A DNA stretch of 64,000 nucleotides from Octopus sinensis (Eukaryota): NCBI RefSeq assembly GCF_006345805.1, contig NC_042999.1, forward strand, positions 85,002,001 through 85,066,000, read 5' to 3'. Below are positions 25,924-39,413 of the stretch, piece after piece. The notes beneath the pieces are model-generated. The model was not told where the DNA came from, searched no databases, and worked only from the letters and a program-made list of their open reading frames with translations. How positions within the stretch are numbered: position 1 is the stretch's first letter; each line of letters opens with the position of its first letter. A program made the position numbers and the translations under genes.

Positions 25924-26273
25924 GTGTGTGTGTATATATATATATATATATACAAAACACATACATGCGTGTATATATATATACACATACTTATATATAT
26001 TTATGTATATACATACATACATATATGAATATATATATATACATATATAAAATGTATATATGTATATATATGTGTGTGTGTATTTATATATATACATATA
26101 TATGTATATGTATATATGTATATATATGTATATATGTATATATATATTTATATGTATATTTATATATATATATTTTACCTTTTTGTATATTTTTATACAT
26201 ATGTATATATGTGTATGCATATATGTAAATGTGTGTATATATATGTGTGTGTGTATATATGTATGTATATATA

Positions 26274-26366
<93 letters not shown>

Positions 26367-26369
26367 ATA

Positions 26370-26406
<37 letters not shown>

Positions 26407-26819
26407 GCTAGTTAATGCTCATCTCTGATACTAATGATTTCTTACACTTAAGGGATGGCCCTAATCGAAGGTATCCTAAATGGTACATGACTACTCCTAC
26501 TTAGCTTATAGATTTCAGCGAGATAAAAGTGAATCTCGAGTTGTCGTTATTTAAGTATACAATGTCACAAATAAAGAATGCTAAACAAAGTTTAACGCTT
26601 TCGCCGTAGCATCTACTATTCCATAATAATAATAATAGCAAATACCTTTGTATTTTCTGACCTAGGAGGAACGTCACGTATTTTGAACGAGGAATATAGT
26701 CAGTTTAATCAACTTTGATTTCTTTTATCTGGAAAGATGACAATAAAGTCAACCCTGAATGGGGTTATGTAACTAAATACTATAAGGATAATAATTATTA
26801 TTATTGTTGTTGTTATGTT

Positions 26820-27130
26820 GATAAGTGGTATAGGCACCACCTGGAGGTTGTAACTGAGGGGGGAAATATAACGATTATTTGGGAGTTTCCTTACATACAG
26901 ACAAAACCATCAAAACGAATAAACTGGATATTGTGAAAGACCAAAACAATAAAGTCTGTTTATTGATCGACATGAGTATTTCTTGTGATCTTAATATTTC
27001 GGCAAAAGAATTTTATAAGATCAGAAAATATAAAGATTTTCTCATTGAAATCGAAAAAATGTGGTGTCTCAAAGCGGTTACAGTACCAGTGATTGTAGGA
27101 GCATTTGGTATGTTCAAAAACATTTAAGAA
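26820..27130 (+). mobile_element. R4/Dong-like endonuclease-domain fragment
   Basis: KWYRH...TIIWEFP / TDKTIKTNKLDIV / CLLIDMSISCDLNISAKEFYKIRKYKD...VTVPVIVGAFG. Confidence 0.82.
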
Positions 27131-27248
27131 TTTTCCCTTCAAGGCACATAGCCATAAATGTTCGGGGTAGACATAGTCAAGTATTTCACTCAGAGTTCTT
27201 GACTGGTAATTTTTTAAGCGAATTCCTCGTATTGCAATATGAACTATG

Positions 27249-27839
27249 TTGAAGGCGGCGAGCTGGCAGAATCGTTAGCACACCGAGCGAAACGCTTAGC
27301 GGTATTTCGTCTGTCTTCGCGTTCTGAGTTCAAATTCCGCCGAGGTCGACTTTGCCTTTCATCTTTTCGGGGTCGATAAATTAAGTACCAGTTACGCACT
27401 GGGGTCGATACGATCGAATTAATCCGTTGTCTGTCCTTGTTTGTCCTCTATGTGTTTAGCCCCTTGTGGGTAGTAACGAAATAGGTATTTCGTCTGTCTT
27501 CATGTTCTGAGTTCAAATTCTGCCGAAGTCGACTTTGCCTTTCATCTTTTCGGGGTCAATTAAATAAGTACCAGTTACGTATTAGGGTCGATATAATTGG
27601 CTCAATCCGTTTCTCTGTCCTTGTTTGTCCCTTCTGTGTTTAGTCCCTTGTGGGTAGTAAAGAAATAGGTATTTCGTCTGTCTTTACGTTCTGAGTTCAA
27701 ATTCCGCCGAGGTCGACTTTGCCTTTCAACCTTTCGGGTCGATAATTAATTTAAGTACCAGTAGCATACTGAGGTCGATATAATCGACTGGACCCTCTCG
27801 CCAAAAAACATTTCGGGCCTTGTGTCTAAAGGAGAAAAG
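27249..27839 (+). mobile_element. Trimeric SINE family B with 13-bp target-site duplication
   Basis: One head and three body units starting at 27301, 27484 and 27668; AATATGAACTATG at 27236-27248 and 27840-27852. Confidence 0.9.
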
Positions 27840-28794
27840 AATATGAACTATGGTGAGACATAACTAAATACCACAATATGTTTAGTAAAGTGACGCAATC
27901 AATCAGAGATAACTAATAAAAATAATGACAATTAACGCAGCTTTCGAAGAGATGCAGCCCTCCTCTCTAATCTGTTACATTATCGACTTAAAAAAACATA
28001 GCCATTAGTAACTAAAACTACGTGTAGTGGAAAAGAAATTTTTACCTATATGTGTTAGTGTATGTGTATACGTATGATCAGTATTTTAAGTGTGGTTTGA
28101 TGGATGGGCAGAATCGGTCAAGTGTCTCACAAGGCCGTGTAGTGTTTAATACTTTATAATACTTTATGTTTTGGGTTCAAATGCTGCCAAAGTGACCTTC
28201 TTCTCTCTTCTTTCTCCTCTTTCTCCTGACCTTTCTCCTCCCCGCTTCGAGGTCGATGAAATGAGTAATAAGCAAGTACCAGATCAATACAATCAACAAC
28301 ACCAATTTTCCAGTTTAAAGGCTTTATGCCTTTGTTGGAAATCAATATTTAAAGGTAATTTGCACAATTAGATATAATTTCAAATATCGGAAATAATTGG
28401 TGTTGCCATATGCTTGAGTAAGGCTCTTCACTTTATTTTGCTTCAGTCAATACAGTGAGTAACAGCAACAGCTAAGATCACGCTAGATCCTGCGACGAAC
28501 TAGTGTCCCATCAAGGAATAGTCTTGTAATCTAGAACCCGACTTTTGTTTCACCATGTTTTTTTAACTATAAGGTTATATTTATAACTATATGAAATAGT
28601 GTAAATATATGTATGTATGTATGTATGTACGTATGTATGTATGTATGTATGTATGTATGTATGTATGTATGTATGTATGTATGTATGTATGTATGTATGT
28701 ATACATGCATGCATGTATGTATGTACGTATGTATTATGTATCTATATATAGTACACACACACACAACTAGATAGATAGATAGATAGATAGATAG

Positions 28795-28854
<60 letters not shown>

Positions 28855-28878
28855 TAGATAGACAGATAGATAGATAGT

Positions 28879-28976
<98 letters not shown>

Positions 28977-29146
28977 TACGGACCCTTCGATTTCTAAACA
29001 AGTCATTATATCACTGTTTTAAATATTACCTGATGCGCGTCATAATCACATAATCCCAAAATTTGTATTCTTTTGCATCAATATAAAGATTGTTAACGAA
29101 ACAATTGTCATAACATTTATAATCCATTCATTTTGTTCGTTCATAT

Positions 29147-29470
29147 CGGGGACCCCCTTCGGTCATGAAAGACCATAGGATCGCACCTAGAAAGTTACCC
29201 TCCGAGGCACAAGTCCGGGCAAGGTTGTTTATGGAGGACCAGCAGTCGCCCATACATACTAGCCTCCCCTCTCCACACCACTGACGTTATCCAAGGGAAA
29301 AGGAAAGGCCGATACAGCTTGGCACCAGTGACGTCGCAACTCATTTCTACAGCTGAGTGAACTGGAGCAACGTGAAATAAAGTGTCTTGCTCAAGAACAC
29401 AACATGCACCACGGTCCGAGAATCGAACTCACAACCCCACGATCATCTCGACGCTCTAACCACTGAGCCA
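29147..29470 (-). mobile_element. Full-length tRNA-derived SINE family C with TSD
   Basis: A box TGGCTCAGTGG, B box GTTCGATTC; near-perfect 13-bp TSD TGTTCGTWCATAT at 29134-29146 and 29471-29483. Confidence 0.88.
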
Positions 29471-29479
29471 TGTTCGTAC

Positions 29480-29530
<51 letters not shown>

Positions 29531-29548
29531 TTCAACAAGAATGTTGTT

Positions 29549-29595
29549 CACAGTGACTTCGAAGTTTCGGTCACCTAAGCCATCGTCGGACTGCG
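29549..29595 (-). ncRNA. Minimal type I hammerhead-like ribozyme (CCGA core variant)
   Basis: CGCAGT-CCGACGA-T-GG(CTTAGGTGA)CC-GAAAC-TTCGAA-GTC-ACTGTG: 6-bp stem I, palindromic ACTTCGAAGT helix III, GUC triplet. Confidence 0.65.
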
Positions 29596-29634
29596 ATGCG
29601 TTAGAGTTAGTCTTACCTTTAGATAATTCTTACG

Positions 29635-29683
29635 CATTGCAATCCGATGATGGTTTAGTTTGCCGAATCTTAGAAGTCAATAT
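29635..29683 (+). ncRNA. Degenerate inverted partner copy of the hammerhead-like motif
   Basis: CCGATGA-T-GG(TTTAGTTTG)CC-GAATC-TTAGAA-GTC; part of a 62-bp inverted repeat (29540-29601 / 29632-29693) with 13 mismatches by my count. Confidence 0.5.
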
Positions 29684-32051
29684 CAACAACATTATTTTTT
29701 TTAAATACCAAATTTGTGCTCTACAAAAGTATATACTAACCCATCAGATTAATGTAAAATCATTTTTATTGCCTTTATCGAGTGAGATCCCTATATTTTC
29801 ATGATTCTTTTCTATCGAATATCACACCCTCTATATGAAGGCAACTGTTCGGTGATGGTGGGTCACCAGTGTTTGGTACATAATGCTTTTATGAAAAAGT
29901 GTGATAGAAATCACCGGCCTTGAACTTTACTGTTTGCATTGAGGGTATCGATGTGACCAGTTGTTCCAGACGGTGTGACTTTGCCCTTTTTCTTACAAAA
30001 GTTGCAGCTTTTCCGGTCTTTCCAATTCAATTTCCTCTTACGTTTTACCTAACTGTAGCAGCGTCTTGCTTTCATTTATTTTCAGAAACAATATTTTTCT
30101 CCAATTAATGAAAGAGACAGTGCTTGTCGCCCTTCTGCTTTCATCATCAAGCTATAACATGTCACCTGAAATCTGGAGATATACTTTTCTCGGGGTGAAG
30201 CCCTGTGTATACTTTATGATTAGACGCTGTCACTTGAGTAAATATTTTCTTAGTATCTTTTCTTTTGATGATGACTAACAAATCTACTGATTTAAAGTGA
30301 TATTGTTTATTACTTAAATATTCTTCACTGGGGTTTGTCCTAACACAAAGAGAGTTAAGTTTCACCTACACAGTATAATGATCTGAGATGCCTAAATGTA
30401 CTAGGGCTGTAGCTTCCGCAAAATTCTCAATCAAAAGAACATTATGAATAGGGTCTCCTCTTGTAGGTATATTTACGATCAGTAGTCAAGCAAGACAGTC
30501 ATGAAGCCGTTATCTGGGACGACCAGCAAATAATCGACGCATTTGACATTCTTTTGAAATCCACAAATTAATTAATATTCTATGTCAGCAAATAGGTAGG
30601 CAATTACTACCTGAAGAATAAAATGAAATAATATTGCTTGGGTTGTATTATGAAGGAGATATGAATTATCTCTGCTTGTTTCGTTTCACTGAATTCAAAA
30701 GTCTGCCAGGTTAATTCTTTTGGCATAAATCGGAGTCAGAGCTCATTAATTAATTAACTTACATATAAATTGCTATACATCAACTTTGTTACGCATGAGA
30801 AACTCGATCTCTCCTGAAAATCTGATTGTTCTGTAGTTAAGCTGAAGCTTCAAATTTCTCGTATAATTACAATGATCCCCTGATAATTACTGATAGAATC
30901 TAATCTAATTGGTGGAATGTTTGTTCTTAATAATGAGTGAATTTCATAGGTATTAAGCCTGAAGTTTAGTTATTATGGTAAGTGGAATTTCGGAAATTGC
31001 AATGGTCATCTTTTTTTTTTTTTTTTGCCTGAAATACCACTACATGCGTACATGAAGCAATTTCCAAATGGGAATTAGACGGCCTTGATTCAATGAGAAA
31101 TTATCACAGAACTACGAAATAGCCACTGTAATATATCATTAATGCACTTTACGCATATCACAGCAATTTAAATCACCATAAGACAAGATTTGCTACCATG
31201 ACTTTTTAATTTTATTTTATATGTTGTTGTTCTTTAAATGTAGTCTACAATGTATGTATATGTTGATGAAACATTACCACAGGTTGTAATCACTTAGACA
31301 TACTCTAATATAGATCCATACATGTGATTATACTAAAAAAACAGTTCACTTAATTGGATCTGAATGTGTGTTTTTTGGAAACAATGAAGTTGCATCTAAT
31401 CGAAGTCAAAGTTTTCACAAATTTTGCAATATTAAGGAAACCACTATGCATATTGAAAAAAACGTGCTCACCTATGCTGACTATGGTTTGAAGAAATAAC
31501 AACTACGGCCTTCATAAATAAAACAAATGCTAGTTGTTGCAGCATCGGATTTCTTGAAGTGAGCATATCTCCTTAACAAATCCTAAACTTTGCAACAGTT
31601 ATTATTTTTTCAGGGACTCCAAAACTGATGGAATTGGGGTCGGAAGTTATCCTGAAATCGGGGATCTGGCTCAAATATTTGCAATAGATTGTACTCACTA
31701 AATGTACCAAAAGGCCAGATTGCGGTGTCCACTGGATTAAGTCTACCTGCGCTGAATGCATCCTATTCAAAGTCAGGATTGACTGTGAGATTTTGAAATT
31801 AAATTCTCTAGCTGGCCGAGTCAGACTTTAAGTATTTTTCTATATGATGTGAAAGCGTTAACTTCATTAACTAGTGTCCTCTACTTTGTGGTGCAGATTT
31901 GCATTTTCTATCTGATGTCTCTAAACTGTTATTATTTTCTCTCTTTAATGTCAGTTTGTGATCCACAGATAGTGTTATGTCTTTACTGCTGTATTTTTAT
32001 CTAAATGACAGGTGTGTGTGTGCGTGTGTCTGCGTGCGTGCGTCTGAGAGA

Positions 32052-32171
32052 TAAATAAATTGAGTTAAACATTGGTATTATTCCAGAAGGAATAATACCA
32101 ATGTTTTCTTCGAAACATATGTCGGAATTTAAAAGATTTAAATAGCACCTGCGCTTAACTCAATTTATTTA
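32052..32171. repeat. Nested inverted repeats containing the 3' half of a hammerhead-like motif
   Basis: 18-bp perfect hairpin (32067-32084 / 32089-32106), 17-bp outer IR (32052-32068 / 32155-32171), and GAAAC-ATAT-GTC-GGAAT at 32112-32128. Confidence 0.75.
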
Positions 32172-32338
32172 ATTATCTATATCATACTAAGACATTTCAC
32201 CTAAACCTGGAGTTTCTACCTCTATAAGTAGGTTGTTACATCCTTGGTACTTGCTTGAATTTTTGCTACCCTGGTAAATATTTATTTTTCATTGTTATTT
32301 GTAAACATTGAAAAAACACACATGCATTTATATATGTG

Positions 32339-32420
<82 letters not shown>

Positions 32421-32490
32421 ATGTATGTATGTATGTATATATGTTTGTATGTATGTATATGATAACAATCCTGTGATGGAACTTATAAAT

Positions 32491-32557
<67 letters not shown>

Positions 32558-32711
32558 AAGCAAGACAGTTGCAGCAGGGCTCTACGTCTTTCTGCCTTAA
32601 CGTTTGCAAAATCAGAGAAACCTGTGAAACCGGTAAAATCTTTAAAAAATTTTAAACAAAATATCTAAAACAAATCCCAGTGCATTTTCAACTTCTTTTT
32701 CCATATAATGA

Positions 32712-32793
<82 letters not shown>

Positions 32794-33026
32794 TGTGTGT
32801 TTATGAGCGAAGCACCTGAGCTCCACCAGGTTCCGACAGAAGGTAATGCTGAACTTCTGCTGACTCTTTCGCCACAGCTTTCTTGATCTTTCCTCCTGCA
32901 TCTAGCAGCTCACATGCGACGGACCGGTGTCCCGTCCTGGTGGGGAACCTATACACCAATGAAACTGGGAATCCGGCCCTTCTGAGCCAGGCATGGCTCG
33001 AGAAGGAACGAACAACAATAACAACA

Positions 33027-33067
<41 letters not shown>

Positions 33068-33499
33068 CAACAATATAATATATATATATATATATACATA
33101 CACATGTTAATGAATTTGTGTTGATTCCTGATATGAAACCGTGTGTTGAAAAAGATATTGTTATATTTCGTTGTGGTCATTTTATTCTTTTTTGGGCCAA
33201 ATAATCACACACACTATATATTCGTTCTCCACTCATTTATTTCTGTTTTTATTCTAACTCATATCCAGTGTCCGGAAATCTTTGGTCACACATCTGTGAA
33301 CTCTTCAGCGACAGTTTCTGTCTTCGTGTGTGCTCTTGCTCCATCAAGGACCGAAAGTGTCGCTGAAACGGTCACAGATACGTGACGAAAAATTTACGGA
33401 GAATGGACATAAGTTAGAATAAAAACAGTAATAAACTAGTGAAGAACGAATATATAGGGCGTGTGTTTGTTTGGCAAAAAAATGACCGTCCCAAAATAC

Positions 33500-33580
<81 letters not shown>

Positions 33581-33583
<3 letters not shown>

Positions 33584-33710
33584 AAAACAGAAAATGGAGA
33601 AATATAGATGAACAGCATTTGAACTGCAGTCTATTTGTATTGAATTAATTAATATTAATTGATGTAAGTCAACTGCTGTTCATCTATATTTCTCCATTTT
33701 CTGTTTTCTT
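33581..33710. repeat. 37-bp perfect inverted repeat abutting (TA)n
   Basis: AAGAAAACAGAAAATGGAGAAATATAGATGAACAGCA at 33581-33617 and its reverse complement at 33674-33710; 56-bp spacer. Confidence 0.9.
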
Positions 33711-34197
33711 CAAATTTTGATTCTTGATAAACTCATGTTTATCTTTGTCTTTACCTATAATTTATATATATATATACGCAAATAAACGTAAACGCAAAAA
33801 ATAGAAATTGTCAAATAAAAGGCAAATTGTCAAATAAAAGGACGACAAAAAATGTCTTAATTGAAAAGTATTGGAATCCAGCCAATGAAAATAATGCTTA
33901 TAGTCAAAATAATGAAGCTGTTCTATAGAACCTACATGAAAATCGAAAACAAAGTTCTCACCTGAAGACTGTAGGAATAGATGGATGGAAATATATGTAT
34001 ATTGACAAAAACTAAGATCACAAACATTCCACTTGTAACCAAACTATCTCCCAGACGTAATGTATCCAGAACTACGGAAGCAAATGTGAACTCTTTAAAG
34101 ACGGTTATTGTTATTTAACTCAATTTAGCCTTAACTGGGCTAAATAACAATAACCATCTTTGAGTTGACCTACGATCAGTCAATACTGTTCTAGTCG

Positions 34198-34430
34198 AAG
34201 ACGGCGAACTGGCAGAAACGTTAGCACGCCGGGCGAAATGCGTAGCCGTATTTCGTCTGTCTTCCCGTTCTGAGTTCAAATTCTGCCGAGGTCGACTTTG
34301 CCTTTCATCCTTTCAGGGTCAATTAAATAAGTACCAGTTACGCACTGGGGTCAATATAATCGACTTAATCTCTTTGTCTGTCCTTGGTTGTCCTCTCTGT
34401 GTTTAGCCCCTTGTGGGTAGTAAAGAAATA
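34198..34430 (+). mobile_element. Monomeric SINE family B with perfect 16-bp TSD
   Basis: AATACTGTTCTAGTCG at 34182-34197 and 34431-34446. Confidence 0.92.
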
Positions 34431-34699
34431 AATACTGTTCTAGTCGTGACTAGCCTTCATTTTCTTACACACAGTGCACTTTTAATATCTAAAATGCCTT
34501 TCTCTTCTAAGGCGCTAAGGTGTGATTTCGAGAATTATTTCCAGCGGGTAAGAAAAAAACCTCATATTTAACCCACCAGAGGACGATGCTCATGGTCTTT
34601 TGGATCAGTCAAGGCCGTGAAATAAAAAGAGCTCCTTCCTTTCTGCCATTTTTTTTTCCATATTTTCTGCGTAACACTAAATTCTTGTTCGTTTTTAAA

Positions 34700-35020
34700 A
34701 CCTTTTATTCTCTTTCTTTCTCATTGACTCTTAATTACCTTTACATTCAATCTATATACACTCTTCTTTCTTTCTCTCTCTCTCACTCTCTACTATCTCT
34801 CAGTTTCTCTTTTTTTTCCACACTATATTCTTGTCTACCTCATCTTTTAGGTTTCTCTTATCGTTGCTTACTGACTCATTTTTACTTCTCATTGTTTCAC
34901 TTTGCAGTCACACCTTTCATACCTGTCTTTTTTCCTTTTCTCCAACACCCTTTTTCTCCAATCAACTATCCAATGTACCTTAATCTTCCCATTTCTCTCT
35001 CTTTCTCTCTCTCTTTCTCC

Positions 35021-35102
<82 letters not shown>

Positions 35103-35282
35103 CTCTCGTGTTTTCATTTCAGCCATCCTACACGCATAAACTCTCCCCACTAATTTAAAATGTTTCTCTTTCTGTTGTATGCCTGCCACTTTCTTCCACA
35201 CTCTCTTTGCTTATTGCTATTTCAACTAATCTCACTCTCTCCTCTTTCTCTCTCTCCCTTTTCTCTCTCCTCTAACTCTCGC

Positions 35283-35333
<51 letters not shown>

Positions 35334-35530
35334 ATCGTCCATCTCATCTTCCCACTCGACCTTATTTTCATTACCTTTCTCTCGTTTTTCTTTTTCCTAC
35401 TCCATTATTTCTCTCTCTCTTTCTTTCTCTCTTTCTCTGTCTCTCTCTCTCCTTTCTCTTTATTTCTTTCTCTCCTCTTTCTTTCTCTCTCTCCCTTTCT
35501 TTTTCTCTTTTCTTCTCTCTTTCTCTGCAC
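34700..35530. repeat. Long CT-rich polypyrimidine tract with (CT)n arrays
   Basis: Directly visible. Confidence 0.9.
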
Positions 35531-38500
35531 GCCCAGATTACTCATACAAGTGTCTTTATTAGACACGTCCGCTTAAACTAAATAAGCGAAAAAGGGAGAA
35601 ACGTTCAGAAACGAAATGACGTGGTGGGAGGATTTGATTATGGAGGAGAGGCTAGCAAATGAAATGCAATGGCGGAAATGGAGAATTGGGGGAGAAAAAG
35701 AATAGTGGGAATTAGGTGATCAAAGGTCGTGCGTTCTTGACTGCAAGCAGGGATAGGACATTTGGCAGTAATGATATGAAGGCTGTGGTGTTGGTGACGG
35801 GGTGGTGACAACGGTGGAAATTAGGGTGAAAGGTGCTAAGGGTAGTAAAAGTGGTAGCGGTGGAGATGATGGTGACGATGGTAGTAATGAGTAATGAGAA
35901 GGGGGTGAATGGTAGTAGACTGGGGCTGGATTATCTGTTGATTAAGTCATAGAGGAAAGAGGGAGAAAGGGGAAGCCAAGAGTAAAGGTTTTGAAGAGGT
36001 GTGGTGTTACAAGCGGTGTTGTCTTAATGAATGAGTCAAATTGACGGTGGTCAGGTCATATGCTGTGGAGGGAGGTGCAGACGAATGTAGCTCTCTTTGA
36101 TGTAGACGGTGGAGTGAGAGGCGGAAGTAGAGAAGAAAGGTGAGAGAAAAAATTATGAGGGCACATTCACGCACATTCATACACACAAACACACACACGC
36201 ACACAAACACGTACAAACACAAGCACAAACACACACACGCACACAGATACGCGCACTCACACACACCAACAAACACACACACAAACATGCAGATGTATAT
36301 ATGAAGACAGACATATAGAGAGACACGCAAACATTTAAACAAACTCACAAACACGTATTCACGCACATACACAGGTACGTAAACATTACGACACACTCAC
36401 ACATATGTACATAAGGAGACACATGCGCAACCACGAACGTACATACATACGCGCACACACATACACGCGCATGCATGCACACACATACATAACACCTTCC
36501 CACTCAAGTGCAATCACTGAACTTAAGAAAGAACATGACTGTGGTAGTTAACACCTTTTCCTGCTCCCTAATAAAATCAAGAATGAAAATGAAACTTAAT
36601 TTGACTCATAGAATTCTCTTTTCATCTCAAAATACATTTCATGGCATAGAGCGGGGAGCTAGCGGTTAGCTCCCACAAATCCGAAACCTAGAATGAGTTT
36701 CTATCAACGTCTTGAAGTTCTCTCTCACATCGCTTACACTACCGTCGAGGATGCCTTCACATCCTCACTCGTCATATTACATATACAAACTTGCGCCATG
36801 TTTATATATTTAGGAAGTGTTCAACAACAAAACAGTATCTCTGCAGTCTACAAAAGGAGGTGGAAAACACACATTAGAAATTTATTATGACTTAGTGGTA
36901 GGAGGAGACGTTGAGAAGCCGTGTTCTTCATCTTCGCAAGCCATAACAGACTGGTGAGATTATTGATGCCATTGATGGTCTTTTTAAACGTTTGTTAGTA
37001 GACGTATGTGGAGAAATACGATAGACAATAGGAATTCTAAAGGACAAAGATTATGCGAGGTGTTGAGTGTAGGACATGTGTAGTGAAATACAGCAATGAT
37101 AGCTCATAAAGGGAAGTTGGGTATTTGGGAAAGACTTAGTACGCAACTATTTCGTCTGGAGGAGTCTGTCCTAGTCTATTGTTTACATATGCATCTGTCA
37201 ACTAGTTGAGCTTTGGGTCTTTTGGTTGTGTTTTATTATAATTGGATAAACGTTTTTTTTTTTTTTTACTCCTTCTGTTCGTGACATAGATACTTAGATT
37301 CTAATTTCTGTTGTTTTATCATGTTTTATCATATTTTGAATATTATAAACGTAAATAAGCATCTAATAAAGGCAGAGAGACTATCTGAAACGAAGATTGG
37401 AGAGTCACGACTGGAACGCTTTTGATAAAATTCCTGCACGTTCAGCAATAACTTCAGATGAATCAACAAGTAAAAAAAGTGAAATTATTTAGTATTGCCA
37501 GGCTTAATCATACACTTAGTAGTTGTAAAGAATTATTTCTCACATTTATATCCTAACTTTCGTTGCTTTGTCATGTCATGGAACTTTTTGAGCGTAAATA
37601 TAGGTTTACGGTAACAAAAAAATTAGAATGGGCTAAATAAATAGACTATACCCACCTTCAGCCCTAACTATTTATTTAACTACTCGTTGGAAAGGTCGTA
37701 TATGGATTGAGAATAAGAGTAGTTAACACCATTGTAATCACTACCATCACCACCGCTACCACTATTACAACTACCAACTCCAACAATCACTTCGACTAGT
37801 GATTGATTAACTTGCAATACAGAATGTAAATCCTCCCTTGAGAAAAATAAGAGTTGCAACAATATAAACAACAAAAATAGCAACTACGACATAGAAAAAT
37901 GATGGCAAGCAAAAGAAAAAAACTGCAAGTAAGAATTGTGTTTTAAAGACAGAAATAGCAAGTAACAACAAATGTGTGACAAAGATTTGCCATTGAATTT
38001 CTTTAAAATATCACGCTCTCTATCACGCTATGTCACGATCTGACATATGACACAGACTTTGTTATAATGATTTTTAACGAAGTTGCAATAACACAAAGTT
38101 TGTGGGGAGGGTATTTTACTTGACAGCTACTTATTTTAATAACCCTAGATAAATGAAAGGCGAAGGTAGTCACAGCAGGAATTGAACTAAGAACGTAAAG
38201 GTGTCAAACAAACTTTTCCAAGCATTCTCTTTCGGATTCTACAGATTCTACTATCCACCACCTTTTTCCCATATTAGGGCTTCTGGCTCTGTGACAAGAC
38301 CAAATTTGTAGGAGCGTATAGTTAGATTTATAAACTGACACCAAATATTTCATTGTTATTTTATTAAATCGATACTAAAATTATGAAGATTAAAATTGAC
38401 CCTGACAACAACTGAACTAAAAACGTAAAGAAGTATAAATAAATACCGGAACTATATTATCAGCCACTCAACCGCTTCTACGAATCACCGCTTTTCAACA

Positions 38501-38552
38501 GTCATTATAATTATTTCCAATTTAGATACAAAGTGAACAATTTTAAGGATAC

Positions 38553-38583
<31 letters not shown>

Positions 38584-39034
38584 TAGTTAGTGAATTACAC
38601 CTACCCCACAGTTTTGTCTAATATTCTATTTTATCGATCCTGGACGGAGGCAAAATTGATTTCGGCGGGATTATGCTCAGAATGTGAAGAGCTGGAAGAA
38701 ATACAGCAAGGCTCTGCTAATCCACCGCCTTTAATTGAAATTATGATAATTAAAACAAAATGGTCTTGAGAAACCCAGATTGTAGATTCTATGTTACCAT
38801 CTAAATATCGGCTTCAATTTTTGGCACTAGGTCAGCAATTTCAGGGAGGGAATAAGTCGATTACATCGACTTCAGTATTCAACTGGTACTTTATTTCATC
38901 GACTCCGAAAGGAAAAGTCGTCTTCCGAAGAATTGGAACTCAGAACATAAAGATGGATGAAATGACGCCAAGCATTTTGCCCGTCGTACTAACGACTCTA
39001 CCAGCACATCGCGTTCTATTATCATCTAAATATT

Positions 39035-39413
39035 CTTTTCTACTCTAGACACAAGGCCCGAAATTTTGGGGGAGAGGGCCAGTCGATAAGATCGACCCCA
39101 GTACGCAACTGGTACTTAATTTATTGACCCCAAAGGATGAAAGGCAAAGTCGACCTCGGCAGAATTTGAACTTAGAACGTAAAGACAGACAAAATGCCTA
39201 TTTCTTTACTATGCATACAGGGGATAAACACAGAGAGGACAAACAAGGACAGACAAAAGGATTAAGTCGATTACATCGACCCCAGTGCGTAACTGGTACT
39301 TGATTTATCGACCCCCAAAGGATGAAAGGCAAAGTCGACCTCAGCGGTATTTGAACTCAGAACGTAAAGACAGACGAAATACCGCTTAGCATTTCGCCCG
39401 GCGTGCTAACGTT
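39035..39413 (-). mobile_element. Dimeric SINE family B with 16-bp TSD (1 mismatch)
   Basis: Two body units; TTATCRTCTAAATATT at 39019-39034 and 39414-39429. Confidence 0.88.

Noticed and set aside
27301-27839. Regular ~184-bp repeat as a CRISPR-like or tRNA gene array
   Set aside because: The units are SINE bodies without unique spacers, and no cloverleaf can be completed.
31614-31700. Possible exon after TTATTTTTTCAG
   Set aside because: All frames close quickly, there is no convincing donor and no recognisable peptide.
33955-34010. CTGAAGA...GGAAATATATG hammerhead-like string
   Set aside because: No convincing stem II or stem I.
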